Of a stretch of DNA of 64,000 nt, positions 36,497 through 46,285 are shown one piece after another. A program made the translations under genes and the position numbers. The notes below the pieces were generated by a model, which was not told the origin of the DNA, did not search any database, and saw only the letters and a list, made by a program, of their open reading frames with translations. The stretch is from positions 124,001-188,000 of the IMG/VR virus record IMGVR_UViG_3300029267_004162, one strand, 5' to 3'. Positions within the stretch are counted from its first letter, which is position 1. The number at the start of each line of letters is the position of its first letter.

Positions 36497-38351
36497 CAGA
36501 GTCTCCGAACAACAACTTTTTGCGGTGGGAAGAATCACTCCCCATCAGTTGATCTACTCTGATATCGTCCTGATCTAACGCTCCAGGTTTAATCTGACTG
36601 ATAACCCTGGTCGCGGGGTCTAAAGCTACATACTGAAGTTGGTCCGCATTCATCTCACCCAGTCCCTTAAAACGGGTGACCCTCCAACCCTGCGGGTTCT
36701 TTCCTATCGCTCGTTTCAATTCTTTTCTGGTGTTTCCATAAATTCGTTTCTTACCCTTGCTAGCACCAAACAAAGGGGGTTCAGCAACATAGACACACCC
36801 GGCTTCAAGTAAAGGACGGAACCACTGGTGGAAAAGCACTAGTAATAAACATGCGATGTGATGACCATCACTATCAGCATCAGCTAAGATGATGATTTTC
36901 CCGTACCGAGTTTTCTCTACCACACACTTATCAATGATGTTGGTGCCAATGGTATCGGCTATGGCTCGCAGGGTACCATTATCTAGTGCCCGTGTTGGGT
37001 TGAACCTGAGTACATTCAGGATCTTACCCCGCATGGCCAGAATAGCCTGCGTATGGGGATCCCGGCCCATCTTAGCAGTTCCTGCCGCAGACTCACCCTC
37101 AACAATGAACAATTCTCGCTCGGCGGGATTGGGATTGCTACACTCAGATAAACCCCCAACCATCAAGAAATCGTTTTTCCTACGACCCTGTTTTCTGAGT
37201 TTCTTAGCAATCTCTTTCCAGTCCTGAGCTTCGGTCTTGGCTTGATATGAAGCGGAGAGTTTCTCAAAAAGCTGAGTTAGGTCTTCCTTACCCACAAGTT
37301 TAGTCAACGTGCGAGTAACACACTTCTTCACCAATGCTCGGGCTGTCTTTGTAACCAACCGTTCTTTTGATTGCGAGCTATAGCTGGGTTCTTTTAGTAG
37401 AACATGGATTACCCCCGATAATCCTTCCATTAACTCATTGCGGGTAAATTCGAATCCTTCTTTCTTCCCTAGAGGAACCAAGGTTTCTTCTAGCCCGTCC
37501 AAAAACCCCTCGTAATGCCGGCCGTGTTGGGGAGTTTCTACCACGTTACAATAGGAATAAACTGACCGCTCGCTACTGTCTACAAATAAAATGGCAGCTT
37601 CAATACGGTCTTTCCCCTCTTTGTCAGACACATGAAGCGGACCGAGCAGACTTTCTCCCTTGGGTGCCCAATCAGTTACGAATTGGGTTAAACCAGTGCT
37701 GGAGTATGTGGTTGTTTTCTTTCCGCATTGGAAGACCAGGGTTAATCCTGGACAAAGGTACCCAACCTCTTCCAGCCTCTCCGAAATCAACTGAGGATCG
37801 AACTGAATTTCCTCGAACTGTTTTTCTAGGGACGTATCTGGGGTAAAGGTAACTTCGGTTCCGGATTGTTTCTTAGTCGCCTTCCCCACCTTTCTCAATT
37901 TAGTCGTTTCTGTTCCCCGACTAAACTCCTGCTGCCATTCATGACCATCTCGCCACACCCGAACCTTGAGATGGCTGGAAAGGGCGTTAACAACGACTGA
38001 CCCAACACCATGCAACCCACCAGCAGTGGCATACACCTTATCGTCAAATTTACCCCCACTGAACAAGGTCGTGAACACGGTAGTAAGGGCAGGCTTACCG
38101 GTTTTCTTGTGGAGCCCAGTAGGAATTCCCCTACCATAGTCACGGATCGAAATCGTTGTCTTGTCCTCAGACAAGACGACCTCGATTTGGTTTCCTTCTT
38201 GCGCTAGGTGTTCGTCAACAGCGTTGTCGAGGATTTCCCGAAATAATTTGTAAGCAGTAACTTCACCAACCCACATCCCAGGCCGATGACGGATCTGTTC
38301 GACCCCCTCCATCGCTGTAATGTTGTCAGCGGTGTACTTCTTCTTAGCCAT
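36465..38351 (-). CDS. gyrB: type IIA topoisomerase ATPase/TOPRIM subunit (GyrB/ParE-like)
   Basis: EILDNAVDE, DYGRGIP, GGLHGVGSVVVNALS, IVEGESA, MRGKILN, DADSDGHHI, RFKGLGEM. Confidence 0.93.
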   Translation of the reverse strand: MAKKKYTADNITAMEGVEQIRHRPGMWVGEVTAYKLFREILDNAVDEHLAQEGNQIEVVLSEDKTTISIRDYGRGIPTGLHKKTGKPALTTVFTTLFSGGKFDDKVYATAGGLHGVGSVVVNALSSHLKVRVWRDGHEWQQEFSRGTETTKLRKVGKATKKQSGTEVTFTPDTSLEKQFEEIQFDPQLISERLEEVGYLCPGLTLVFQCGKKTTTYSSTGLTQFVTDWAPKGESLLGPLHVSDKEGKDRIEAAILFVDSSERSVYSYCNVVETPQHGRHYEGFLDGLEETLVPLGKKEGFEFTRNELMEGLSGVIHVLLKEPSYSSQSKERLVTKTARALVKKCVTRTLTKLVGKEDLTQLFEKLSASYQAKTEAQDWKEIAKKLRKQGRRKNDFLMVGGLSECSNPNPAERELFIVEGESAAGTAKMGRDPHTQAILAMRGKILNVLRFNPTRALDNGTLRAIADTIGTNIIDKCVVEKTRYGKIIILADADSDGHHIACLLLVLFHQWFRPLLEAGCVYVAEPPLFGASKGKKRIYGNTRKELKRAIGKNPQGWRVTRFKGLGEMNADQLQYVALDPATRVISQIKPGALDQDDIRVDQLMGSDSSHRKKLLFGDSDDSQANGKVC

Positions 38352-38356
38352 GGCAC

Positions 38357-38914
38357 CTACTCGCGATCTTTGTACATTTCTTCAAGAGCCTCATTGTAGT
38401 TTCCTTGGGCTACTTTGTCAATCCATTCTTTGGCTACGTTTTGTCGCTCTTGCCAATTTGCCAGACCCACAAAATCAATTACTTCGTGAGCGGCTTGACG
38501 CATTCTCTCTATACTATCTTCCTCTACTAAAGGACTGAGGTCCCCTTCAACTACGATCATGGACCGACTTCCGTCCAAATGAGGGCATAGTTGAAAATAA
38601 TACTCCGCATCACCATGAGATTTAAAACAGAATTCAGTGACTATCTGTGATGGGGTCGTATGCTTATGATCGGTTCCACACTCGATGTAATAAAACCAGA
38701 TTCCTGGTGCAAAGGCAGTCCGATAGCAATAAGAAACACGCCATTCTTTGTCCTTGAAATAAACTTTCTTTCCTGGCGGGTATTTCGGGGGTGGAAGAGG
38801 TGGAAAATGACTGCTCTGAATTACGGGTATCGAACCCCCATTCCTACCGCCCAATGTTTTAGTGGACTTAGTACGAGGTAAAGGAACTCTTATTTCCGGT
38901 AATTCTGAAATCAC
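38357..38914 (-). CDS. hypothetical protein
   Basis: AGGAG RBS; 185 aa. Confidence 0.55.
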   Translation of the reverse strand: MISELPEIRVPLPRTKSTKTLGGRNGGSIPVIQSSHFPPLPPPKYPPGKKVYFKDKEWRVSYCYRTAFAPGIWFYYIECGTDHKHTTPSQIVTEFCFKSHGDAEYYFQLCPHLDGSRSMIVVEGDLSPLVEEDSIERMRQAAHEVIDFVGLANWQERQNVAKEWIDKVAQGNYNEALEEMYKDRE

Positions 38915-38926
38915 GTGACCACACTC

Positions 38927-39160
38927 CTATACACATAGTCGCAGAACATCAGTCTTGCCCAACATCCCAGTAGTCAACAAAGCCTGAACTTCTTTCCGAA
39001 GCTTGATCAACACAGTGTCTCTTCCAAGGAGCTTCTCGGAGAAAACCAACTCACCTTCTTTTAAGCAAAAGACACCGGCTGGCTCTCCCGCAGCGAACTT
39101 GACGGAATACAGGAATTCAACGCCTTCAGGAAGCAGACCCATTTTTCGAGCAATAAACAT
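38927..39160 (-). CDS. hypothetical protein
   Basis: Packed ORF. Confidence 0.5.
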   Translation of the reverse strand: MFIARKMGLLPEGVEFLYSVKFAAGEPAGVFCLKEGELVFSEKLLGRDTVLIKLRKEVQALLTTGMLGKTDVLRLCV

Positions 39161-39514
39161 CAGCGGGGCTTTTCCGGGCGATAAGTATCAGGACTCAACT
39201 TCTGACTACTGAATACCAGCGAGGCAGCAAAATCAGGTAACCCAACGCCACGGACACCATTCACGAACATCGTTAATACTTCGACGATACGTTGACTCGG
39301 AATCTCATTGAGGGCTGCGGCAGTTAAGAATGTCCTTAACCCGTCCAGGGATACAACATCCTTACGATGACAAGGAGGCGGTAATTCTTTGCGCGTCTTC
39401 ATATTCCTCTCATGCGATAAGCGGGTGTCACGTGATCCCCAAGGGGGACGAGCTAACCAAGTTCCAGGCGCCATACTTTTCTTCCTTTCCTGTTATTTTA
39501 ATAACGAAAGGAGG

Positions 39515-40453
39515 TTACTCGGAAAGAAGAAGAAAAAGACCATTACGAAGGCTATCTAGATCGGGCTGAAACCGCTCTTTGACTTCTTCATCAACCCAGT
39601 TCAAAGCGCGGTGAAGCCCGTGGGAACCAGGCAGGAGATTAGCTCGACAGCGGCTGGCCAATACTCTGGCATAACCAGACGTAATATTGCTACCATCGGG
39701 CTTGGTAATGGTATCTTCGATATGCTTGGAATTACCCCCAGATAAGACAATGCTAAACGCCATTAATTGACTTCTGTTTAAACTGGCCAACGCTTTGGCG
39801 ATTTGAAGGGGGTGTGCTTCGGGCTCAGAAAGTGCCCAATCAAAATGCTTCCCCAAATGGTGTACTCGGCTAGCGAGCAGAGTTTCGAACAATTTGAAGA
39901 CGGGGACTGATTCGGATCGCCTTTGTAAAATTTGTGCCAAACCTCTTTTTTGAAGTCGGCCTTCATTCATAAAGGCGAGATAGTCCAATGCGGCCACTGC
40001 TTCAGGATATTCCCTTATCTCTGTGATAGCTTCAATAACACCATCTTCAATTTCGCAACCTAGAGCAATATACCGTTTTCGCAATCGCCGGATTAAAACA
40101 CCCCCCGATTCTCCGGTTAATTGAAAACAGGTGTACTCCGCATCCTGAGCTTCTTTAATTTTTTCCTCAGGCAACCGCATTAACAGACAGTATCCTAGTT
40201 TCGCTTCCTTTTTTGCCCATCTATCAATTTTCTTTAGGTCAAAACCAGCGAGAACGACGTGGTGATCATGAAAAATACTGGGACCATATTTACCCTCACC
40301 ATGAGTTTGGAGAGCAAAACCGTCCTCTTCTAACCCAGCCAGAAGACGAGCCCAAACGTAATCAGATACTGGGGAGATGAGGTAATAGGGTAATTCCCTC
40401 TCAGTCAAATGACGAATAAGGGCTTTTTGGCTAACCGTCTGTGGTTTAGCCAT
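39515..40453 (-). CDS. divergent DNA Pol III delta (HolA)-like clamp-loader subunit
   Basis: Size ~310 aa; helical pattern (GCEIEDGVIEAI...VFKLFETLL...HPLQIAKAL...LNWVDEEVK); a holB-like gene and a clamp-like gene are nearby. Confidence 0.55.
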   Translation of the reverse strand: MAKPQTVSQKALIRHLTERELPYYLISPVSDYVWARLLAGLEEDGFALQTHGEGKYGPSIFHDHHVVLAGFDLKKIDRWAKKEAKLGYCLLMRLPEEKIKEAQDAEYTCFQLTGESGGVLIRRLRKRYIALGCEIEDGVIEAITEIREYPEAVAALDYLAFMNEGRLQKRGLAQILQRRSESVPVFKLFETLLASRVHHLGKHFDWALSEPEAHPLQIAKALASLNRSQLMAFSIVLSGGNSKHIEDTITKPDGSNITSGYARVLASRCRANLLPGSHGLHRALNWVDEEVKERFQPDLDSLRNGLFLLLSE

Positions 40454-40976
40454 CCCCAGATTCCTCGCCTGTGTAGTATTGGACCCGCCAATACCCATAA
40501 TCTGCGGCTACTTCACATGCTTTAAATATGGGTTGGATTTTTTCACGCTCAGTGGTAAGTATCCGAGTCGTTAACACCCCGTTGGTACCCCTTCTCCGGT
40601 TCTTACGAGCTTGTAACACTTTGGACGTAGGGTCTAGCATCTCTATCTCAACTGCTGAGTTATCAACCAACCAAGTCCCGAGGTTAGAGGCAAGCCACCA
40701 TACTTGATCCACACTCCGGGGGAACCCGTCTACTGCCAAAGGTTTTTCAAGAGCAACGGCTAGTAGAACGGATTCTTTTACCAGGGAACGAACCATGTTT
40801 TCTACCTGGGGATTAGCTAGGTGTGATCCATGTTTGACGAAGAAGTCTTCTCCTAAAAGCACTCGCATCAGCTTTCCACATGACAGAACAATCGTTTCAG
40901 AATTATCGCTTTTGTGGTGATCACACCGATACGATTTTCCGCTACAGGGTAAACCAGTTATGAAGGTTAGCTGCAT
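40446..40976 (-). CDS. adenylate-kinase-like NMP kinase
   Basis: ITGLPCSGKS P-loop, LSCGKLMR, DGFPRSVDQ. Confidence 0.8.
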   Translation of the reverse strand: MQLTFITGLPCSGKSYRCDHHKSDNSETIVLSCGKLMRVLLGEDFFVKHGSHLANPQVENMVRSLVKESVLLAVALEKPLAVDGFPRSVDQVWWLASNLGTWLVDNSAVEIEMLDPTSKVLQARKNRRRGTNGVLTTRILTTEREKIQPIFKACEVAADYGYWRVQYYTGEESGDG

Positions 40977-40986
40977 CCGTCATTCC

Positions 40987-42048
40987 TTAATCCGGGAGTT
41001 GCCTAAGTTCCACTTCATCATTTTTGGGGCCTGTTCCCAGCATCCACAGTTTACACCCGTGAGCATTTAGACACTGCTGCAGTTTTTCGTAAAAAGGCTC
41101 TGGGTCTGTTAGATAATTAACGAAATTCAAAAACATGTAATTTGGACGAACGTGTTGTAGGAATCTTTCTAGTTGCAAAAAGCTGAAATCAAAGACTCTC
41201 CGTACTCGACCTGTGACGGTCGTGTACTCTTCTATTTGTTGACCAATCTTTTCACTAAGGTGCGCCCAGGTTGTTTCTTCATGGTCTGAGTAATAGGGGC
41301 CTGAGGTCGATCCTTCCAGACTACCGACTCGAATGGGATAGGTTCGAATAATTCCTACTATGTCACCATAGTAATCTGGATGGGGTGGAATACCAGCGTT
41401 ATCAAAAGCACGTCCTACCAAACAATCCCGACTGGTGGTGTAGGGGTATTGATGCCCAAAGTTAATGCCGAGATCAAATCCTTGAGCAGTTTCAGAAATC
41501 ACCGCGGCCCCTGCCAACAAAGATTCTCTGACCAGTGTGCCAGTATCAGCAACAAATTTGGCAACACGCAGATCATGTTTAGCAATATTGCTATCTTTGG
41601 GGTCGCGCCGCATCTTACGTATCACGGCTTCAGCACTACCCTGCATGGTGGAACTGATACCAGTCAGTCTTTGTTTCTCAACGTCAGCATCAGCTTGTGA
41701 CAAGACACACGCACGAGGGTGAATAGCCAGGGTGAAATCTCCCCGTTCTTTTTGGGCCGCTGCAACTTCCATTAGTAGGCGATCCACGTCAAATACAGCA
41801 TGAGGTCCAATTATCACGGTGTGGACAGTGGGGAACCATGCGCCTACTGGCAAGGCTTTAGACACATGTTTTTCGCCGGAAACTGGGCCATAAAAAGAAT
41901 GGCCTGCATTGGGCATGTTGTCCCCAACTACTACAGAAACTTGGGGATTCTGCTCGAAGATAAAGGCCAGCAATTTGCCTTTACCGGTTGATCCCCATTG
42001 CCCGTCAATAACTATTGAAAACTTGCCTGTGGGAAACATACTCATCAT
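40987..42048 (-). CDS. purZ: PurZ-type adenylosuccinate synthetase homologue (N6-succino-2-amino-2'-deoxyadenylate synthase)
   Basis: QWGSTGKG (Ser where PurA has the Asp of GDEGKG), NAGH, AQGFDL, YPYTTSR, RTYPIRV, SGPYYSD, TTVTGRVRRVF, FLNFVNY (NFxN rather than PurA TKxD); short 353-aa form. Confidence 0.85.
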   Translation of the reverse strand: MMSMFPTGKFSIVIDGQWGSTGKGKLLAFIFEQNPQVSVVVGDNMPNAGHSFYGPVSGEKHVSKALPVGAWFPTVHTVIIGPHAVFDVDRLLMEVAAAQKERGDFTLAIHPRACVLSQADADVEKQRLTGISSTMQGSAEAVIRKMRRDPKDSNIAKHDLRVAKFVADTGTLVRESLLAGAAVISETAQGFDLGINFGHQYPYTTSRDCLVGRAFDNAGIPPHPDYYGDIVGIIRTYPIRVGSLEGSTSGPYYSDHEETTWAHLSEKIGQQIEEYTTVTGRVRRVFDFSFLQLERFLQHVRPNYMFLNFVNYLTDPEPFYEKLQQCLNAHGCKLWMLGTGPKNDEVELRQLPD

Positions 42049-42699
42049 TCACCAACCTTCCTGGTCTTCTTCCGAAAAAGAATCCCCTACCCCAACATCA
42101 AAATGAATAAACGACCGGCGATGATACTCGGTCATTCCATACAAACGAAGAGCCTCAACATGACTACTGTCGTAATACCCATGATTCACATCCCACCCAT
42201 ACACGGGATGACAGGTGTGTAATGCATCCATAAAACTGTCTCTGGCGGTCTTGGCCATAATTGAGGCACAAGCAACAGCAAATTCAGATGAATCTCCTTT
42301 AATAACGCACTTATCAACCGGTGCATCACACAGGGGCCTATTGCCATCGAACACCACCAGAGTTTGATTTCCCAGTGGTGAAAGAGAAAACAATTGCCTC
42401 AAACACCGCTCGGCTGCTTTTGATATGGCGGGGTTAATCCCCTCTTTGTCAATATAGCTGGCGTCCACCATTTCAACAGAATAAGGTAGTTTATCAGCGA
42501 TCCATTGCGCTGCGTGTTGTCGTTCAGTTAGGGTCAATTCTTTGCTGTCATTTATTTGTGGAACAGATACCCCGACTTGATCCATTTTTAACAGAGTGGC
42601 TCCCACCGCCACCGGACCAGCGATAGACCCCCGGCCCGTTTCATCGACCCCAATCACAACCTCGTGGCCATCAAGCGTTTCAGTGGTAATACTCAACAC
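42049..42699 (-). CDS. rnhB: ribonuclease HII
   Basis: GVDETGRGSIAGPV, DSKEL, FDGN, IKGD...ASIMAKTARD, NHGY, HRRSF. Confidence 0.93.
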   Translation of the reverse strand: MLSITTETLDGHEVVIGVDETGRGSIAGPVAVGATLLKMDQVGVSVPQINDSKELTLTERQHAAQWIADKLPYSVEMVDASYIDKEGINPAISKAAERCLRQLFSLSPLGNQTLVVFDGNRPLCDAPVDKCVIKGDSSEFAVACASIMAKTARDSFMDALHTCHPVYGWDVNHGYYDSSHVEALRLYGMTEYHRRSFIHFDVGVGDSFSEEDQEGW

Positions 42700-43004
42700 G
42701 TGACTACCACCCTTTAGGATACTCGTATGTGCGAAACGTACCACCGTCCAGATCGTCACCCAGATCGTCGGATGAACATCGCGGGTAAACGGCCACATAT
42801 GTGTCGCCACTAGCAATCAGTCGGGTAAGCACGTCTGTGGTTACAACCGCGAAGGTGTTATCGTCGAAGCCAATCCCAAGCTCCACTACTCGCCCACCAA
42901 CACGATTCGCATGGCGATGAGCGTTATCGATGTCCTCGAAACCCACTGTCTTGAACGTGTCGTTTTTCGTCTTCGTCGTCATTTTCTTGTTATCTTGGTT
43001 CATA

Positions 43005-44027
43005 TTACCCATCCACCGCCGTAACAATTTTTCTGGCCTCATCTTTAACCACTTGAGTTTTCTCTTCGGAAAGGTCGTACCCACCCTGTTTAAGTATGTC
43101 TTCTATCCCACTCAAAGGGTCTTCTACAGTCGCCGATTGGATTTCAATGTCTGTTTTAACAGCGGTGGTTTCCACTTTTGTGACCCTCTTATCTTCACCT
43201 AGGTCAATTGTTACGCCTTGTTTGACCTTGACTTTCACGGTGTAAGAAGGGGGAATTTCGGCCAAGCGACTATTTAGTTGATCTTGAGTCTCTACCTCTA
43301 TGGTTATAAGTGGATAGTCCTGGGGAATGTTAACTGGTTTTGCTTTAGGACCGGATTTCGTCCACTTGACCAGTAAGTAACCCCGCTTAAGAGACTTCTC
43401 TCCAAATTTGGTTTGATAGGCAGACCCCGGATAAGCAGCATTGTTTATTCGCTGTCTAGAGTGGAAATCTCCCAACGCGATATAGGGAATAGAAGAATAG
43501 GGGGATAAATCCAGCCCCCGGTAGGATTTCACCCCATTGTCATACGCCCCACCTTTTACATCAGCATGAATCACCAAGATATCGGGGTCTTCACCCACCA
43601 AATCCGAGACACATTCATTGCGGTGCCCCGGAACGACCGCGACCTTTAACCCCCACAAATCATACACCTTGGGGTCATTTACGAGTATGACATTCGAAAG
43701 CTTACCCTGAAGAGGACGCAAATGATCCAAAACCGTCGTAGTGGGGTTCTGTTGATCATGGTTTCCCGGAATAATGATGCAAGGCACACCAAGAGTGTCT
43801 AATTCCAGAAGAAAACGAATTACCGCCCCGATTTCTTCTGGAGTGGGGTTTTTAGTGTGCCACAGATCCCCAGCAGAAATTACTCCGTCAACTCCTTTTG
43901 AACGAAAGGATTCTACTAGCCTATCGCAAGCGGATACTGTCCGATCCAGATAAGAGAATTCGCCCCCCATTGAGAATAAACCTTTCCCGGATCCGAAATG
44001 CTGGTCAGCACAGTGAGCTATTAACAT
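43005..44027 (-). CDS. sbcD: SbcD/Mre11-like nuclease
   Basis: ADQH, AGDLWH, PGNHD, IHA, ALGDFH, YPGS...FGE. Confidence 0.88.
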   Translation of the reverse strand: MLIAHCADQHFGSGKGLFSMGGEFSYLDRTVSACDRLVESFRSKGVDGVISAGDLWHTKNPTPEEIGAVIRFLLELDTLGVPCIIIPGNHDQQNPTTTVLDHLRPLQGKLSNVILVNDPKVYDLWGLKVAVVPGHRNECVSDLVGEDPDILVIHADVKGGAYDNGVKSYRGLDLSPYSSIPYIALGDFHSRQRINNAAYPGSAYQTKFGEKSLKRGYLLVKWTKSGPKAKPVNIPQDYPLITIEVETQDQLNSRLAEIPPSYTVKVKVKQGVTIDLGEDKRVTKVETTAVKTDIEIQSATVEDPLSGIEDILKQGGYDLSEEKTQVVKDEARKIVTAVDG

Positions 44028-44419
44028 TGTTCCGGAACCCACTTCATGTCTTGCCATCGATATACAACCAAACTGGATTCACCTTCTAATTTCAAGATGA
44101 CCGAATTTGGCTGGGTTTCTATGGGGGTGACCTCCAACATATGCTGCAAGGAGGGGTTGGGCCCGTGCCACATACCAAATTCTCCTGGCTTATGCTCGCA
44201 CCCTATCGCGTACACACATTCGTGAGGAGGATCACTAGTACGAAAACTAACCGCTTGTTCAAACTCTTGAACCGCCCTAAGAGGAACTCTATTTATAACA
44301 GTTCTCGCTAAACAGGCATCAACAGTTTGACCCCCAGCACCTGATTGGCTACGAGGACATTTGGCAAGAATGGTGAGAAATTTAGTTGCTGCTTCTAAGA
44401 GATTGGACATGATCATCAC
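44021..44419 (-). CDS. hypothetical protein
   Basis: Packed ORF. Confidence 0.5.
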   Translation of the reverse strand: MMIMSNLLEAATKFLTILAKCPRSQSGAGGQTVDACLARTVINRVPLRAVQEFEQAVSFRTSDPPHECVYAIGCEHKPGEFGMWHGPNPSLQHMLEVTPIETQPNSVILKLEGESSLVVYRWQDMKWVPEQC

Positions 44420-44691
44420 TTTTTGGAGAGCGTTCGACTACGAATAATACAAGTCTGAGATACTTTCCGACCAACTGGTGTTATACGATATTTGATTCTA
44501 GGGACTGACTTAAGATGGCATATGCGAATCAGACCACGTGATACCAGAGAGCGTACACTTCTGCCATCGGCTTTGACGTGCGTATCGCTCCAAACAATAA
44601 CACCATCGTTGCTCTTCTTGAATAAATAACTTCCTTTAACATGAACCAAACGATCTAGAATGAGAGTTTGTTGTCTGGACAACACAATCAC
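44416..44691 (-). CDS. small basic winged-helix-like protein
   Basis: LSRQQ..IL...RSVRSLVSRGLIR...YRITPVGR. Confidence 0.5.
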   Translation of the reverse strand: MIVLSRQQTLILDRLVHVKGSYLFKKSNDGVIVWSDTHVKADGRSVRSLVSRGLIRICHLKSVPRIKYRITPVGRKVSQTCIIRSRTLSKK

Positions 44692-44885
44692 TTCTGAACT
44701 CCTAAATCGACTCCCCGATCTTGAAACAGTTTTAACAACCTTTGCTCCGTTGCGTCAATCAACTCCCTGGCCTTACCCAACTCCAATAAGCTCCAGTGTT
44801 CGACGTATTCTTCTCTCGAATACTCTTCCAAAGCCTTTAACACTTCAGGCAGTGTAACGGAAACTCTGATAGTCACTGCTGCCAT
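44688..44885 (-). CDS. hypothetical protein
   Basis: GGAG RBS; packed ORF. Confidence 0.5.
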   Translation of the reverse strand: MAAVTIRVSVTLPEVLKALEEYSREEYVEHWSLLELGKARELIDATEQRLLKLFQDRGVDLGVQK

Positions 44886-44898
44886 ACTAATCTCCGAT

Positions 44899-45669
44899 TC
44901 ACTTTATCATTCGAACGATGGGGTAATCATCATGGATTATTGATGATGTAATTTGACAAAGAGAAGACCAAGATAAAACATGCGACTCACTGAACCCAGC
45001 GTGTTTAGCCATTTTTACCAATTCCCCCGGACTAAAAACACCCAGCTTAATTGCCTCGGATGTCTTGTGCAGGTTTTTCCCAACCCGAGTGTTATCAGAG
45101 GCAATACTCATGAAAGCAGAAGTAGCATTGGATACCCAGTCTATATCTAACCCTGACAATTTAATGGACGCTTTGATATCTTTCCGCGACCTACTCCAGG
45201 AATAATTCTGAAGCGCGTGTAAACGAAGGTACCCATCGTAGATATGACCAAAATATACCAGATACGATCCTCCCTTACGTAAAGCGGCGTGCACTTTACG
45301 TAAATGTTTAACCATAGCGGATACGGTGGGGAGTTTGTATTGCATCAACAGGATATTCGTCGTAATGGCTAAATTTATCCCTTGTGGACTTTCCCCTGGT
45401 TCCAATATTTCAACAGAAAAATGGTCAAAGATGCCCTCTTCTGCCCACTTATAATGCACATATTCGGAAGCCTGTAAACAAGAGGGAGTTAAACTAGCCT
45501 TACCCAATTCCCGGTAAAGAACATCTTTAGTATAATCCCCAGTAACCGATATAACTTCCCAGACACTACTCGGGGTTAAACTAGATGCCGCCAAAAGTTT
45601 ATCAGTCACCTCAGGAATGGAAGCGTGATCGACAAACAACAATTCGTAAGTGTCGGGGCACCGATCCAT
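44899..45669 (-). CDS. degenerate class I methyltransferase-like protein
   Basis: VWEVISVTG at the motif I position; HLRKVHAALRKGGSYLV; FSPGELVKMAKHAGFS. Confidence 0.55.
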   Translation of the reverse strand: MDRCPDTYELLFVDHASIPEVTDKLLAASSLTPSSVWEVISVTGDYTKDVLYRELGKASLTPSCLQASEYVHYKWAEEGIFDHFSVEILEPGESPQGINLAITTNILLMQYKLPTVSAMVKHLRKVHAALRKGGSYLVYFGHIYDGYLRLHALQNYSWSRSRKDIKASIKLSGLDIDWVSNATSAFMSIASDNTRVGKNLHKTSEAIKLGVFSPGELVKMAKHAGFSESHVLSWSSLCQITSSIIHDDYPIVRMIK

Positions 45670-46283
45670 TAAAGCAATGACCCCCTAGTCGAACTAACTC
45701 GTTCGATAAATTCCGCTTTAACATGACCCTCTACGAAAGCCCCCAAAACAGTAGTGGTGGTTATTCGAGACGTGGGACTTTGCACTCCTCGACAACTCAT
45801 GCAATTATGCATTGCCTCTACCATCACAGCGGTTCCCCTTGCATGAACACTATTGTGTAAGGTCGTGGCTAGCTCATAGGTGTAGGATTCTTGCAGGATG
45901 GGCTGCTTAGCCATAGTAGTCGCGAGGCGAGTTAGTTTACTAATACCCAGTATTCGGAATTCTTGCCTTTCTGCGGCTGGAACGTAGGCTATGTGAACCA
46001 AAGCCATAACCGGAAGAAGGTGGTGGGGACACATAAAATTCACGATATTTTGCGTACTGCAAATCATTGCATCATACACCCCGTTTCCTTGATCTGGGAA
46101 TGAACAAGAAAGAATTTTGGCGACTTCTTTATTGATCTGATCTTTCGACCACACCATTTCATGCAGGGCTTTAGCAGCTCGCGAATCAGTACCTTTGAAG
46201 TTATATCCGGAGTGGCCCATCTCGGCTAAACCTTCTAGGATTAGCGCGTACCCCGTTTGAAATTTGTCTTCGTTTGATGACAT
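45669..46283 (-). CDS. folE: GTP cyclohydrolase I
   Basis: MCPHHLLP, GISKLTRL, LQESYT, HNCMSCRGV; Zn ligands intact. Confidence 0.93.
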   Translation of the reverse strand: MSSNEDKFQTGYALILEGLAEMGHSGYNFKGTDSRAAKALHEMVWSKDQINKEVAKILSCSFPDQGNGVYDAMICSTQNIVNFMCPHHLLPVMALVHIAYVPAAERQEFRILGISKLTRLATTMAKQPILQESYTYELATTLHNSVHARGTAVMVEAMHNCMSCRGVQSPTSRITTTTVLGAFVEGHVKAEFIERVSSTRGSLL

Positions 46284-46285
46284 AA

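Noticed and set aside
40987-42048. Ordinary PurA (AMP synthesis)
   Set aside because: It lacks GDEGKG and the TKxD GTP motif, and has GSTGKG, PIRV and NFxN instead.
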